64,000 bases of DNA from Pristiophorus japonicus (lineage: Eukaryota). A program made the translations under genes and the position numbers. The notes beneath the pieces were generated by a model. It ran no database searches and was not told the DNA's origin. It saw only the letters and a list, made by a program, of their open reading frames with translations. The stretch spans positions 46,934,001 to 46,998,000 of the forward strand of contig NC_091983.1 of NCBI RefSeq assembly GCF_044704955.1, written 5' to 3'. Shown piece by piece: positions 50,736-62,468 of this stretch (positions within the stretch are counted from its first letter, which is position 1; each line of letters begins with the position of its first letter).

Positions 50736-53700
50736 GGGCTAGAACCTCCACTTTTTTTGCATGCTTAACACCCACTTTACCGCTGACATGACATATAACG
50801 CCAATATATCGCCCATTTTGGCACAAAATGGAAATTGACAGGCTTTTTTAGGAGACTTATTGCCGAGTGTTATTTTCCCAATGGGCTTAACGCCGGGAAA
50901 AAATATTACTGCCCGCCCACTTTTTTGGGGCGGAATCAGCAGAATGGGCAAAATCAACGCCCATAATATCGTCCAGTGTTACTTTCCGCAGGGAATTAAT
51001 GCCGAGATTCAATATGAACGCCCGCCCATTGTTTTTTGTTGTAAAGAGTATATTTACTAGCGGCCATGGAGATCGCCCATCATTAATTTCACCACCTCGC
51101 ACACATATCGCCCACAATATCGTTCGCTCAAAAAAACGCCCATAAAAAGTGGAACTAACCGGAACGAATGCCAGCGGTGTGGCTGGCATTTGTTAAATCC
51201 CGCTCTTACGTGAGGAGCTGATATCGGAAAGATTTGCCTGAAAGAGCGCTGATATGAGTGACAATGCTGACACACTGCTGTGTATGTGCAGCTCAAACAT
51301 CAATGGTGCCCATAACCTTGGTGCCAGTTAAAGTTTACGTTGATTGATGTTAAGTTGTATTTAACCCTTTCATGTTAAGGAATCACCAGTGTGCAGCTAC
51401 CTGAGACAATACGCAACAAGGTTATGTTAAATAACAAAAATTTTATACCAACATTGGTCTGAAATCATAAGTATCACAGCCAATAACACCCAACCCCTGC
51501 CCACACCCCACTTTTTCCACCATTGACATCAATCACATGTTCAACATGTCCACCAACACAGAATACAAAGGCAAAGCAGGAGCGTGGTCCCCAGCCCCCA
51601 TACATTGCAACAAATTGCATACACCCAGATGGAGATATAACACAGCCATCACCTGCGGACATGCACCTCACTTTCCTTCCCCCCCTCTCCTACTTCTCCC
51701 CAGCTCTACCCCTTCCCCTCCTCACTCCACGGCGCCTGGCCGAGGAGCTACTCAGGCAGTGCTTCATTGGTGGGGGATGAAGGCAGAGGTGGTGGTTGCA
51801 CGGGTTCGGGAGCGGGGGGGTGCCGAGAGGGCAACATTCTCTGATGCAGAAGCAGGATCTTGGTCCTTGCTCTCATCTGTCGTTCGCAATGGTGGTGCGG
51901 GACCTAGGGGTGGAGTGCCATGCTCGGGGACCACTGGGAGGCCTGTGGCAGCAGTGTTCCTGGCTATCGCATCCAGGGCCTCCACCATGCATGGAATATA
52001 CTCGGTCATGGTGGCCAGGTGTCGGGATATGTCCCCCAATGCTTTGATGAGCTGATCACCAATGTCTACAGTCCTCCTGGACAACTGTACCATTTCTCCG
52101 TTGTCATGCCGCGCTCATGGAATAGACCTGCCGCGTCCACGAAGCCTCTGCGGGGTCGGCGTCGTCCAGGGGACAAATGGGGTGCCCTGTGGCGAGGTGC
52201 TTGTGGTCAGTACCTTCAGAGTGGAGGCAGGAATGACCGGAGAACCAGTAGATGGCCTTGGGGTGGAATGGCTTCTGGAGCATGGCGATGCAGGTTCTTC
52301 GAAGTCCGCACTCTCATCCATCGAGAACAGACCCAGCGGGTTGACGAGCGACAATCGGAGCTCCTCAGCACCAGATGTAGAGGATCGTCCACCGACTCCT
52401 GCCACGCACCCCCAATTCTGGCCTCTGTGGCCTTGCCTGGGGCCGTGCTGATGGCTGAGCTGCAAAACACAAATGAGGTTATTAGAGGAGAAGTGGGCGC
52501 TAGGGTGACAGGATGAGTCCAGCGCTACACACAGCATATGCACGACAAAAGCACGAGCGCTCTCAAAATCATCGCAGACATTGTGCATTGCAATGATTTT
52601 CATTAGGCCAGCATTATTTCTCTGACACTTTTAGAAATTATCTATCACATATGATTGTTTGGATATGAGCGGGTGTGGCATCTATTGACTTCACATCACG
52701 CAATGGTGTAAGCTTTACACACGCGGCATCACTTCAGGGTCTGCAGATGCGTCCGTGGCTGTCCGGGGGTGCTTCCCCACGAGTGCGAGCACCCGCTCCT
52801 CCATCGCAGTGATGTCGCTGCTGGGGACTGGTGGCCCCCCACCCGTTCGCCTCTGCACGGAGCTCATCGTCAATAGCTTCTTCTGTAAAAGGTGACAGGA
52901 CGACATAGCAAGGATATCACGCAATGATCTCATGCCAGGTACTGTCACAGAGACTGATACAACACATAAACGACAGATGTAATCATGATTATTATGATAA
53001 TTATCATTCTTTACCTAAAGATGTACACCGTGACCGCAGGCTTTGAGTAAAACATTCCCGGTAAAAGTGCAAGACCTCACATATGCTGATGGTTACTCAT
53101 GACTGTTACAAATCAAATTATATAAGTACATGTAAATCAATGTAATACTTACTCTTGTGGATCCCACAAGGTTGTTCCATCGTTTGCGGCATTGGTTGCC
53201 CTCACGAACCTCGTTGGTCACCGACGAGACCACCTCTGCTATCTCGGTCCATATCCTCTGGTAGGCCTTTGGGGTGGGTCCCATGGCCTCCCTGTGTTGG
53301 ATTACCCCAGCGTAACTCGACCCCCTGCAGGAGGGAGGCATTTGCGTCGGCCGAGAACCTCCTGGTACTTTTGCGGCATCCAATGTGCTCCTCTCTCACC
53401 TCACTACTCTCTCCAGAGTCAGTCTCCACAGCGTACTGTGATGCCTCCTCCTCTCCCTCCATTATAGGGCAAATTTGGTCAAATATGTGGCTGGTAACAG
53501 CTAATTTTTGTTTGCCTACTTGCTGTGAAGCTCTAAAGTCTCCTTCCTTCCTTCCAAAGCAGCCACACCACACCCAGCCATGCCTTCAGTCCCTCTGAGC
53601 TCCCTCTCCCTCTCTCTGTCAACTCTTCTGCACATGTCATAGTGACCCTTGACCTCCTGAATCGTGGGAATCGAGCGTTGCCCTGCCATTGCTTAGGATG

Positions 53701-53903
53701 GCCACACTTTACGGCAGAAGGTCAAAAGAATTTAACGCCACCGCGCATTTGATATCGCTGGCCAGAGCGCACATTTTCAAAAATGTAAACTACATTTTTT
53801 GAGAATGGGCGAGAAGCCAGCGATCTGAAAACCCTTTTTTACCACCCACACCGGAAATAATGCTCATTTTTGGGCGATAAGCAAAAAGTGGAGGTTCTAG
53901 CCC
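50736..53903. mobile_element. Harbinger derivative retaining the Myb gene but lacking the transposase
   Basis: TIR GGGCTAGAACCTCCACTTTTT at both ends, TSD ATA. Three-exon Myb gene on the minus strand. Only LLREELISERFA* (51203-51241) resembles transposase. Confidence 0.9.
51690..53462 (-). pseudogene. Myb/SANT gene of the nested element (exons 53462-53153, 52882-52723, 52459-51690)
   Basis: RRFSADANASLLQGVELRW...AYQRIWTEIAEVVSSVTNEVREGNQCRKRWNNL, then GTAAGT. Exon 2 KKLLTMSSVQRRTGGGPP. Basic C-terminus RRGRGRAGEK*. A few frameshifts. Confidence 0.85.
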
Positions 53904-54837
53904 ATAGAAACAGTTCTGTTAAGTCCAGGATCTGAGGCGGACCCCCGCCTGTCCGGCACTGCTCATGCCCATTGTGTGACAGCTTCGCCTGCAATGAGAA
54001 AAATAGGAAGGGTTCAGAAAGGGTGCACCTCCTGTTGTGCCACATATGCCTACAATATTTCAATAGCTGAGACTGTGTGGATGTGCAAATGTCTTCACTT
54101 CAATCTGTGTGAATATTATATGAGCTTTGTGAACGATTGATAGGAGGGGAGAAGGACGTATGAAACCCATATCAGCAGTAGGAGTGTATTGCGAGGAAGG
54201 TTCTCAATGATTAGGGAACAAGAGGGTATGTGCATCTTTAATGAAGAGGCAATGGCTGGAGAAGTCAGCCTTCAGCTTTCTGATGCATTGTGATAACTGC
54301 ACCACAGGCTGCGAGATTTTGTGAATGGGCAGATACATGAAAGACTTCACATAGTGTCTGACATTCATGTTGGAAGGATAGCAGGCATACATAAATATGA
54401 ATGGTACCCACCCTGATGAATCTGGTAAGGTCATTGAACTTTTTGCCTCATTGGGTGCCAGTTCTCGCAACCGTGTCTGCCGCAGACACCTCCTGAGCAA
54501 TTTCAAACTATACCCATTTGAAAATTGTTGGGAGTGATCTCCCTCCACCAACCAGATGGAGTGATGTCCACCTCCTCTCCACTGCATGAACTAAGGCCTC
54601 AGCAGCCTCCGTTGAGAAATGCCTGGCACGCTGCCTAGCGTCCTGGGGCTCCATCTCTGCAGAAGTACCAGAAATTGGATGGATCATCTGCACATGCGCG
54701 GAGAAAGCTGCCATGCCTGGAAATAACATCTGCGCCCGGAAAAATAAAAATATGACTGCACATGCACAAAATGGCCGCCTCTTTAACTGCAGTGATTTTC
54801 GACTTGGGCGCACAAAGCCCATTGTGTAATGTCTGAT

Positions 54838-56127
54838 TTAATTGCTTGCTGTACCTGTATGTTAACTTTCAGTGATTTGTGTACCAGGACACCCAGGTCC
54901 CTCTGAACATCAACATTTTCCAATCTCTCACCATTTAAAAAAAACTCTGCTTTTCTATTTGTCATACCAAAATGGATAACTTCACATTTCTCCACATTAT
55001 ATTCCATTTGCCATGTTCTTGTCCATTCACTTAGCTTGTCTATATCCCCTTGAATTCTCTTTGCGTCCTCCTCACAACTTACATTCCCACCTAGCTTTGT
55101 ATCATCAGCAAACTTGGATATATTACATTTGCTCCCCTCATCCAAATCATTGATATAGATTGTGAATAGCTGGGGCACAAGTACTGATCCTTGCGACACC
55201 CCACTAGTTACAGCCTGCCAACCCGAAAAATACCCGTTTATATCTACTCTCTGTTTTCTGTCCAGTAACCAATCCTCAATCCATGCTAATATACTACCCC
55301 CAATCCCATAAGACCTAATTTTATTTAATAAACTCTTGTGTGGCACCTTATCGAATGTCTTCTGAAAATCCAAATACACCACATCCACTGGTTCCCCCTT
55401 ATCTATTCTGCTGGTTACAACCTCAAAAAATTCTCAACAGATTTGTCCAACATGATTTCCCTTTCATAAATCCATGCTGACTCTGCTCAATCCTATTATT
55501 ATTTTCTAAGTGCCTGTTACCACTTCCTTAATGAGACATTCTACCATTTTCCATACTACTGAAGTCAGGCTAATTGGTCTGTAGTTCCCTGTTTTCTCTT
55601 TTCCCTCCTTTCTTAAATAGCAGGGTTAAATTTGCTACTTTCCAATCCGCCGGAACCTTTCTAGAATCTATGAAATTTTGGAAGATGACAGTCAATGCAT
55701 CCACTATCTCCATAGCCACCTCTTGCAAAAGCCGAGGAGGTAGGCCATTCTGTCCAGGGAATTTACCGGCTTTTAGTCCCATTAATTTCTCCAGTACTCA
55801 TTTTTTTACTAATACTAATTTAATTCAGTTCCTCATTCTCGCTAGACCCTTGGTTCACCATTATTTCCAGGAGGTTTTTGCATCTTCTTCCATGAAGACA
55901 GATACAAAGTATTTGTTTAATTTCTGTGCCATTTCTCTATTCCACATTATAATTTGTCCTGTCTCAGCCTGTAAGGGACCCACATTTACTTTCGCAAATC
56001 TTTTCCTTTTTACATACCTATAAATGCTTTAACCGTCTGTTTTTATGTCTCTTGCTAGTTTACTCTCATATTCTATTTTCCTTTTCTTAATCAAATTCTT
56101 GGTGATCCTTTGCTGAATTCTAAAATC
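54838..56127 (-). mobile_element. CR1 RT fragment
   Basis: DVVYLDFQKTFDKVPH...SGVSQGSVL...KFADDTKLGG. Confidence 0.95.
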
Positions 56128-56512
56128 AGAAGGTTGTGGTTCAAGTCCCACTCCAGAGATCTGAGCACAAAAATCTAGGCTGACTCTTTGGTGCAGTACT
56201 GAGGGAGCTGTCTTTTGTGTGAGATGTTAAACCGAGGTGGACGTAAAAGATCTCATGCCATTATTTTGAAGAAGAGTAGGGGGTTATCCCCAGTGACGTG
56301 GCCAATATTTATCCTTAATCAACATCATTAAAAATAACAGATTATCTGGTCATTATCACATTGCTGTTCATGGGAACTTGTTGTGTGCAATTTGGCTGCT
56401 GTGTTTCCTACATTACAACTGTGACTATACTTCAAAAGTACTTCATTGGCTGCAAAGTAGATTGGGACATCCTGAGATTGTGAAAGGCACTATATAAATG
56501 CAACTCTTCCTT
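56126..56512 (+). mobile_element. Deu-domain SINE
   Basis: GGTTCAAGTCCCACTCCAGAG head remnant, Deu core and L2-type tail. Confidence 0.82.
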
Positions 56513-57792
56513 GTTTTACTTTTAAAACATCATCAAAAGCCATTCATCTCATTGCTCTTTGTGGGATTTTACTGCCAGATTTATCTACAAAACAACAGTG
56601 TTTACACTTTAAAGTGAACCATGGTGGGATATCCAAAGGAGGTGAAAAGTATTTTCCTCTTTTACCAAGTTAACTAATTTTCAAATTTAGTAGTATGGTA
56701 GAAGTAGTACAAGTGGTCCATCTACATTTGTTGGGCATTAGGAATTGAAAAAAAAACAATGTAAATTGCATATGATATTGATTGCTGAAATGTAAAAAGG
56801 TTTATAATAAATCATCAACATGCCTGGAATAAGCATTTGGTAATCTGCACCATGGTTTTCAGAAAGTGAGTAGAATACTCACTATTTGGTAAAATTACCA
56901 GCATTGTTAAATGTTGGCTTATTCACCACATGTTATGAAGAAGATAAGACATATATCTGAGAGAGTCAAAAAATATCTCTCAATGCATAATTCAAGGCTG
57001 CAATGACATGTTATTCTGTTACTGAGTGAACAATAAAACCTGCTTCTTGAATTTTTTTAACTTGTTGAAACTATATGAGCTGCTTTGCATGCCATCCATA
57101 TCTCTATTTGCATTTCTTGTGGCTTACCAGTTATATCAACTTTGCGAGAATCCTTTGGAGCGTCATACCCTCATCTCTTCGGAGATGAAGCCCGCTAAAC
57201 TTATACCTGAAATTCATTCCGTTTCAGTATGCAAAGTACATGCTGGCATGTAGGCGACTTCAAAGAAGAGTTTGATATCAAGAGCTAGCAGAGAGTTTTC
57301 ACGTCCCATCCTTTCCAATGTACTGGTGCTACATTACATACTTGAGTGGTACTTTCCTCAAGGAGCACTTGATATTAAAGATACGACTGAGAAAGTGATT
57401 TTATTCAGACTTATTGCTTGTCCCTAAGGCTTTTTTTTGTAATTTTGCCTGTGCGAGGGTGATTGACCTTTGTATCACAAAGCCCTTGCATTCTTTGTAA
57501 TTGTCTACTTTCTCTTGCTCTCTAGAGTCAGTTATTTCCGTAATAGTGCTGTGACTTTGCAGTTGTTTTTTTACTGTTTTGAATTCATGTCTGCTGTGAA
57601 TACCATCTTGGATTCAGTGGTGTCAGTCACTCCTGTAGGTAGTCTGACCATCTATCTTTTGTGGGAGTTGGCTCTTACTGCCCTATATCGACTTGTATGA
57701 TTGCATACACCCAGGTGTGTAACAATAGTACCCTCTTGCAACCACAATTGGAAATTTGTGTCATTTACAAATGTACTTCTTCAATCTCCTCA

Positions 57793-58932
57793 AAACATAG
57801 AGACATAGAAAATAGGTGCAGGAGTAGGCCATTTGGCCCTTCGAGCCTGTACCACCATTCAATATGATCATGGCTGATCATGCAACCTCAGTACCCCTTT
57901 CCTGCTTTCTCTCCATACCTCTTGATCCCTTTAGCCGTGAGGGCCACATTTAACTCCCTTTTTTAATATATCTAACGAACTGGCCCCAACAACTTTCTGT
58001 GGTAGAGAATTCCACATGCCCACAATTCTCTGAGTGAAGAAATTTCTCCTCATCCTGGTCCTAAATGGCTTATCGCTTATCCTTAGACTGTGATCCCTGG
58101 TTCTGGACTTCCCCAACATTGAGAACATTCTTCCTGCATCCAACCTATCCAATCCCGTCAGAATTTTACATGTTTCTATGAGATCCCCTCTCATTCTTCT
58201 AAATTCCATTGAATACAAGCCTAGTCGATCCAATCTTTCTTCATATGTCAGTCCTGTCATCCCAGGAATCAGTCTGGTGAAACTTCGTTGCACTCCCTCA
58301 ATAGCAAGAATGTCCTTCCTCAGATTAGGAGACTAAAACTGTACACAATATTCAAAGTGTGGCCTTACCAAGGCCCTGTATAACTCTAGTAAGACCTCCA
58401 TGCTCCTATACTCAAATCCTCTCACTATGAAGGCCAACATGCCATTTTCCTTCTTCACCGCCTGCTGTACCTGTATGCCAACCTTCAATGACTGATGTAC
58501 CATAACATCCAGGTCTCGTTGCATCTCCCCTTTTCCTAATCTGTCACTATTCCGATAATAATTAGCCCTCCTGTTTTTGGCACCAATGTAGATAACCTCA
58601 TATTTATCCACATTATACTGCATCTGCCATGCATTTGCCCACTCACTTAACCTGTCCAAGTCACCCTGCAGCCCCTTAGCATCCTCCTTACAGCTCACAC
58701 TGCCACCCAGTTTAGTGTCATCTGCAAACTTAGAGATATTACATTCAATGCCTTTATTTAAATCATTAATTTCTATTGTAAATAGCTGGTGTCCCAGCAC
58801 TGAACCTTGCGGTACCCCACTAGTCTGCCTGCCATTCTGAAAAGGACCCGTTTATTCCTACTCTCTGCTTCCTGTCTGCCAACCAGTTCTCTATCCACGT
58901 CAGTACATTACCCCCAATACCATGTGCTTTAA
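57793..58932 (-). mobile_element. CR1 LINE 3' fragment
   Basis: KFADDTKLGG...LVRPHFEYCVQF and an ATAGAAAC-type tail. Confidence 0.95.
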
Positions 58933-58934
58933 GG

Positions 58935-59540
58935 CAGGCCCTTGGTGAGACAAGGCTTAATACGACTCAATGAGGTGCTTTATTTAATTGTAAGGTGAAC
59001 ATGCCATTTAGGAAGGATGTGAACATACTTTAGGAAGGACGTGAATGCTTTGGAGAGGGTACAGAAGAGAGTTCCTAGAATGGTTCCAGGGATGACTGAT
59101 TCCAGTTAAGTAGATAGACTGGAGAACCTGGGGTTATTCTCCTTAGAGCAGAGAAGGCTAAGAGGAGATTTGATAGAGGTGTTCAAAATCATTTAGGATT
59201 TAGATAGTGCAACTAAAGAGAAACTGTTTCCAATGGCTGAAGGGTTGATAATGAGAGGGCACAGATTTAAGGTGATTGGCAAAAGAACTAGAGGTGACAT
59301 GAGGAAAAACTTTTTTATGCAACAGGCGGTTAGGATTTGGAATGCACTGCTTGATAGGGTGGTAGATACAAATTCAATAGTAGCCTTCAAATAGAAATTG
59401 AATAAATACTTAAAGGAGAAAAAAACTGCAGATGACAGAGCGGGGAAGTGGGACTTCATGGACTGCACTTCGAAAGAGCCGGCACAGACTCGATGGATCA
59501 AAGGGCTTTATTCTGTACTGTATGATTCTATGATTCCATA
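58935..59540 (+). mobile_element. CR1 LINE 3' fragment (other subfamily)
   Basis: GAGAGGGTACAGAAGAG...AGAGGAGATTTGATAGAGG and a (ATGATTCT)n tail. Similar to 29267-29762. Confidence 0.85.
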
Positions 59541-59807
59541 CAGAACAACAGTTATGATTGTACTCACTTAATTAATATTACCATAAAATAAAGAACGTGA
59601 ATATAAAGGATCCCATGGTATTATTAAAAGAAGAGCAGGAACGTTCCTGGCCAACATTTCTTGCACAATCAACATCACAAAAAAAAAAGATTATCAGGTC
59701 ATTTCTCTCATTGCCGATGTGGGAGCTTGCTGTGTGCAATTTGACCCTTGAATTTGCCGACATCACAACAACTGAAATGCATTGGCTGGAAATCCTTTGG
59801 ATGTCTT

Positions 59808-61777
59808 GAAACATAGAAACATAGAAAATAGGTGCAGGAGTAGGCCATTTGGCCCTTCGAGCCTGCACCACCATTCAATATGATCATGGCTGATCATTCC
59901 CTCGGTATCCCTTTCCCACTTTCTCTCCATGCCCCTTGATCCCTTTAGCTGTAAGGGCCATATCAAACTCCCTCTTGAATATATCCAATGAACTGGCATC
60001 AACAACTCTCTGTGATAGGGAATTCCACAGGTTAACAACTCTCTGAGTGAAGAAGTTTCTCCTCATCTCAGTCCTAAATGGCCTACTCTTTATCCTAAGA
60101 CTGTGTCCCCTGGTTCTGGACTTCTCCAACATCGGGAATATTTTTCCCGCATCTAACCTGACCAGTCCCGTCAGAATCTTATACGTTTCTATGAAATCCC
60201 CTCTCATCCTTCTAAACTCCAGTGTATAAAGGCCCAGTTGATCCAGTCTCTCCTCATATGTCAGTCCAACCATTCCTGGAATCAGTCTGGTGAACCTTCG
60301 CTGCACTCCCTCAATAGCAAGAATATCCTTCCTCAGATTAGGAAACCAAAACTGAATACAATATTCCAGGTGAGGTCTCACCAAGGCCCTGTACAACTGC
60401 ATTAAGACCTCCCTGCTCCAATACTCAAATCGCCTAGCTATGAAGGCCAACATACCATTTGCCTTCTTCACTGCCAGCTGTACCTGATGCCAACTTTCAA
60501 TGACTGATGTACCATGACACCCAGGTCTCATTGCACCTCCCCTTTTCCTAATCTGCCACCATTCAGATAATATTCTGCCTTCGTGTTTTGCCCCCAAAGT
60601 GGATAACCTCACATTTATCGACATTATACTGCATCTGCCATGCATTTGTCCACTCACCTAACCTGTCCAAGTCACCCTGCAGCCTCTTAACGTCCCCCTC
60701 ACAGCTCACACCACCACCCAGTTTAGTCTCATCTGCAAACTTGGAGATATTACACTCAATTTCTTCATCTAAATCATTAATGTATATTGTAAAGAGCTGG
60801 GGTCCCAGCACTGAGTCCTGCGGCACTCCACTACTCACTGCCTGCCATTCTGAAAAGGAGCTGTTTATCCCAACTCTCTGCTTCCTATCTGTCAACCAGT
60901 TCTCTATCCACGTCAGTACATTACCCCCAATACCATGTGCTTTGATTTTGCACACCAATCTCTTGTGTGGGACCTTGTCAAAAGCCTTTTGAAAGTCCAA
61001 ATACACTACATCCACTGGTTCTCCCTTGTCCACTCTGCTAGTTACATCCTCAAAAAATTCCAGAAGATTCGTTAAGCATGATTTCCCTTTCATAAATCCA
61101 TGCTGACTTGGACCGATCCTGACACTGCTTTCCAAATGCGCTGCTATTTCATCTTTAATGATTGATTCCAACATTTTCCCCACTACTGATGTCAAGCTAA
61201 CTGGTCTATAATTACCCATTTTGTCTCTCCCTCCTTTTTTAAAAAGTGGTGTTACATTAGCTACCCTCCAGTCCATAGGAACTGATCCAGAGTCGATAGA
61301 CTGTTGGAAAATGATTACCAATGCATACATTTCTAGGGCCACTTCCTTAAGTACACTGGGATGCGGACTATCAGGCCCCGGGGACGTATCAGCCTTCAAT
61401 CCCATCAATTTCCCTGACACAATTTCCCGCCTAATAAGGTTATCCTTCAGTTCCTCCTTCTCACTAGACCCTCGGTCCCCTAGTACTTCTGGAAGGTTAT
61501 TTGTGTCTTCCTTCATGAAGACAGAACCAAAGTATTTGTTCAATTGGTCTGCCATCTCTTTGTTCCCCATTATAAATTCACCTGAATCCGACTGGAAGGG
61601 ACCTACATTTGCCTTCACTCATCTTTTTATCTTCACATATCTATAGAAGCTTTTGCAGTCAGTTTTTATGTTCCCAGCAAGCTTCCCCTCGTACTCTATT
61701 TTCCCCCTCATAATTAAACTCTTAGTCCTCCTCTGCTGCATTCTAAATTTCTCCCAGTCCTCAGGTTTGCTGCTTTT
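59808..61777 (-). mobile_element. CR1 LINE 3' ~2 kb including RT
   Basis: ORFs 60563-61618 (NYRPVSLTS, QHGFMKGKSCLTNL, DFQKAFDKV) and 59884-60657, with an (ATAGAAAC)n tail. Confidence 0.97.
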
Positions 61778-62299
61778 TGAGGATGGGGAAGGTGCTATCT
61801 ATATGCAAGTTCTTTCTTGCTGGGATGTTGCCATATGCCACTACCTAATTCTTCTTGTCTTTGATAAGCAAGGCTCAAATTATAGACCAACAATTTATTT
61901 TACATAAGAGGTGCATAAAAAGTTCAATATAAAACAGCGACTCTACAGTAATTTACAAACCTTGTTATTTCTTTTCAATATATCAGTAACAACAAAGACA
62001 CTTTAAACTTCTAAATGGATGTTTATTTCTTATTGGCAAAACACCTACATAGAATCCGAATAACGCAATCTCCCTGCTCACCTCAGACTGATTAACTGGG
62101 CTCAGGCAGCCTCAGATAAGCTTCTTGCTTAAAATCAACCATTGACCTCGCCCCTTCTCCTAGGTCTGATCCAGGTTTCTACCCTGGAACCAGTTGGCAA
62201 TGAAACCCACTAATAAGATCAAGATGAATTGATGTGTGCCAAATAACTTCAATGATCCAAACAAAAAACCCAAAAACCCGCAGACTTCAGAAATCTGAA

Positions 62300-62468
62300 T
62301 CAAAGACAAAAAATGCTGGAAACACTCAGCAGATCTGTCAATAATAGTCAGCATCTGTGGAGGGGACATATGTTTCAAGCGTAGAGCCTGCATCAGAACT
62401 CAGTTCTGGCGAAAGGTTTGCACCTGAATTGTTAGCTCATCTGTTTTCTCCAAAGGTGCTGACTGACC
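62300..62468. repeat. Inverted pair of Penelope-type terminal repeats
   Basis: Centre CAGAACT-C-AGTTCTG, arms GTCAGCATCTGTGGAG / CTCCAAAGGTGCTGAC. Each arm resembles 10180-10275. Confidence 0.6.

Larger units (their letters stand above)
48740..54654 (-). pseudogene. Myb/SANT gene of Harbinger copy 2, interrupted
   Basis: Exon 1 MEPQDARQRARHFSTEAAEALVHAVERRW. Exon 2 AKLSHNGHEQCRTGGGPPQILDLTEL|EEQVPALIG is split at 50719-53910. Exon 3 starts at ~50480 and is split by a CR1. Confidence 0.85.
46990..54830. mobile_element. Harbinger copy 2 (same family as copy 1, opposite orientation, termini not found)
   Basis: Plus-strand transposase and minus-strand Myb exons colinear with 20400-24120. Interrupted by a CR1 and by the nested 50736-53903 element. 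Confidence 0.88.
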
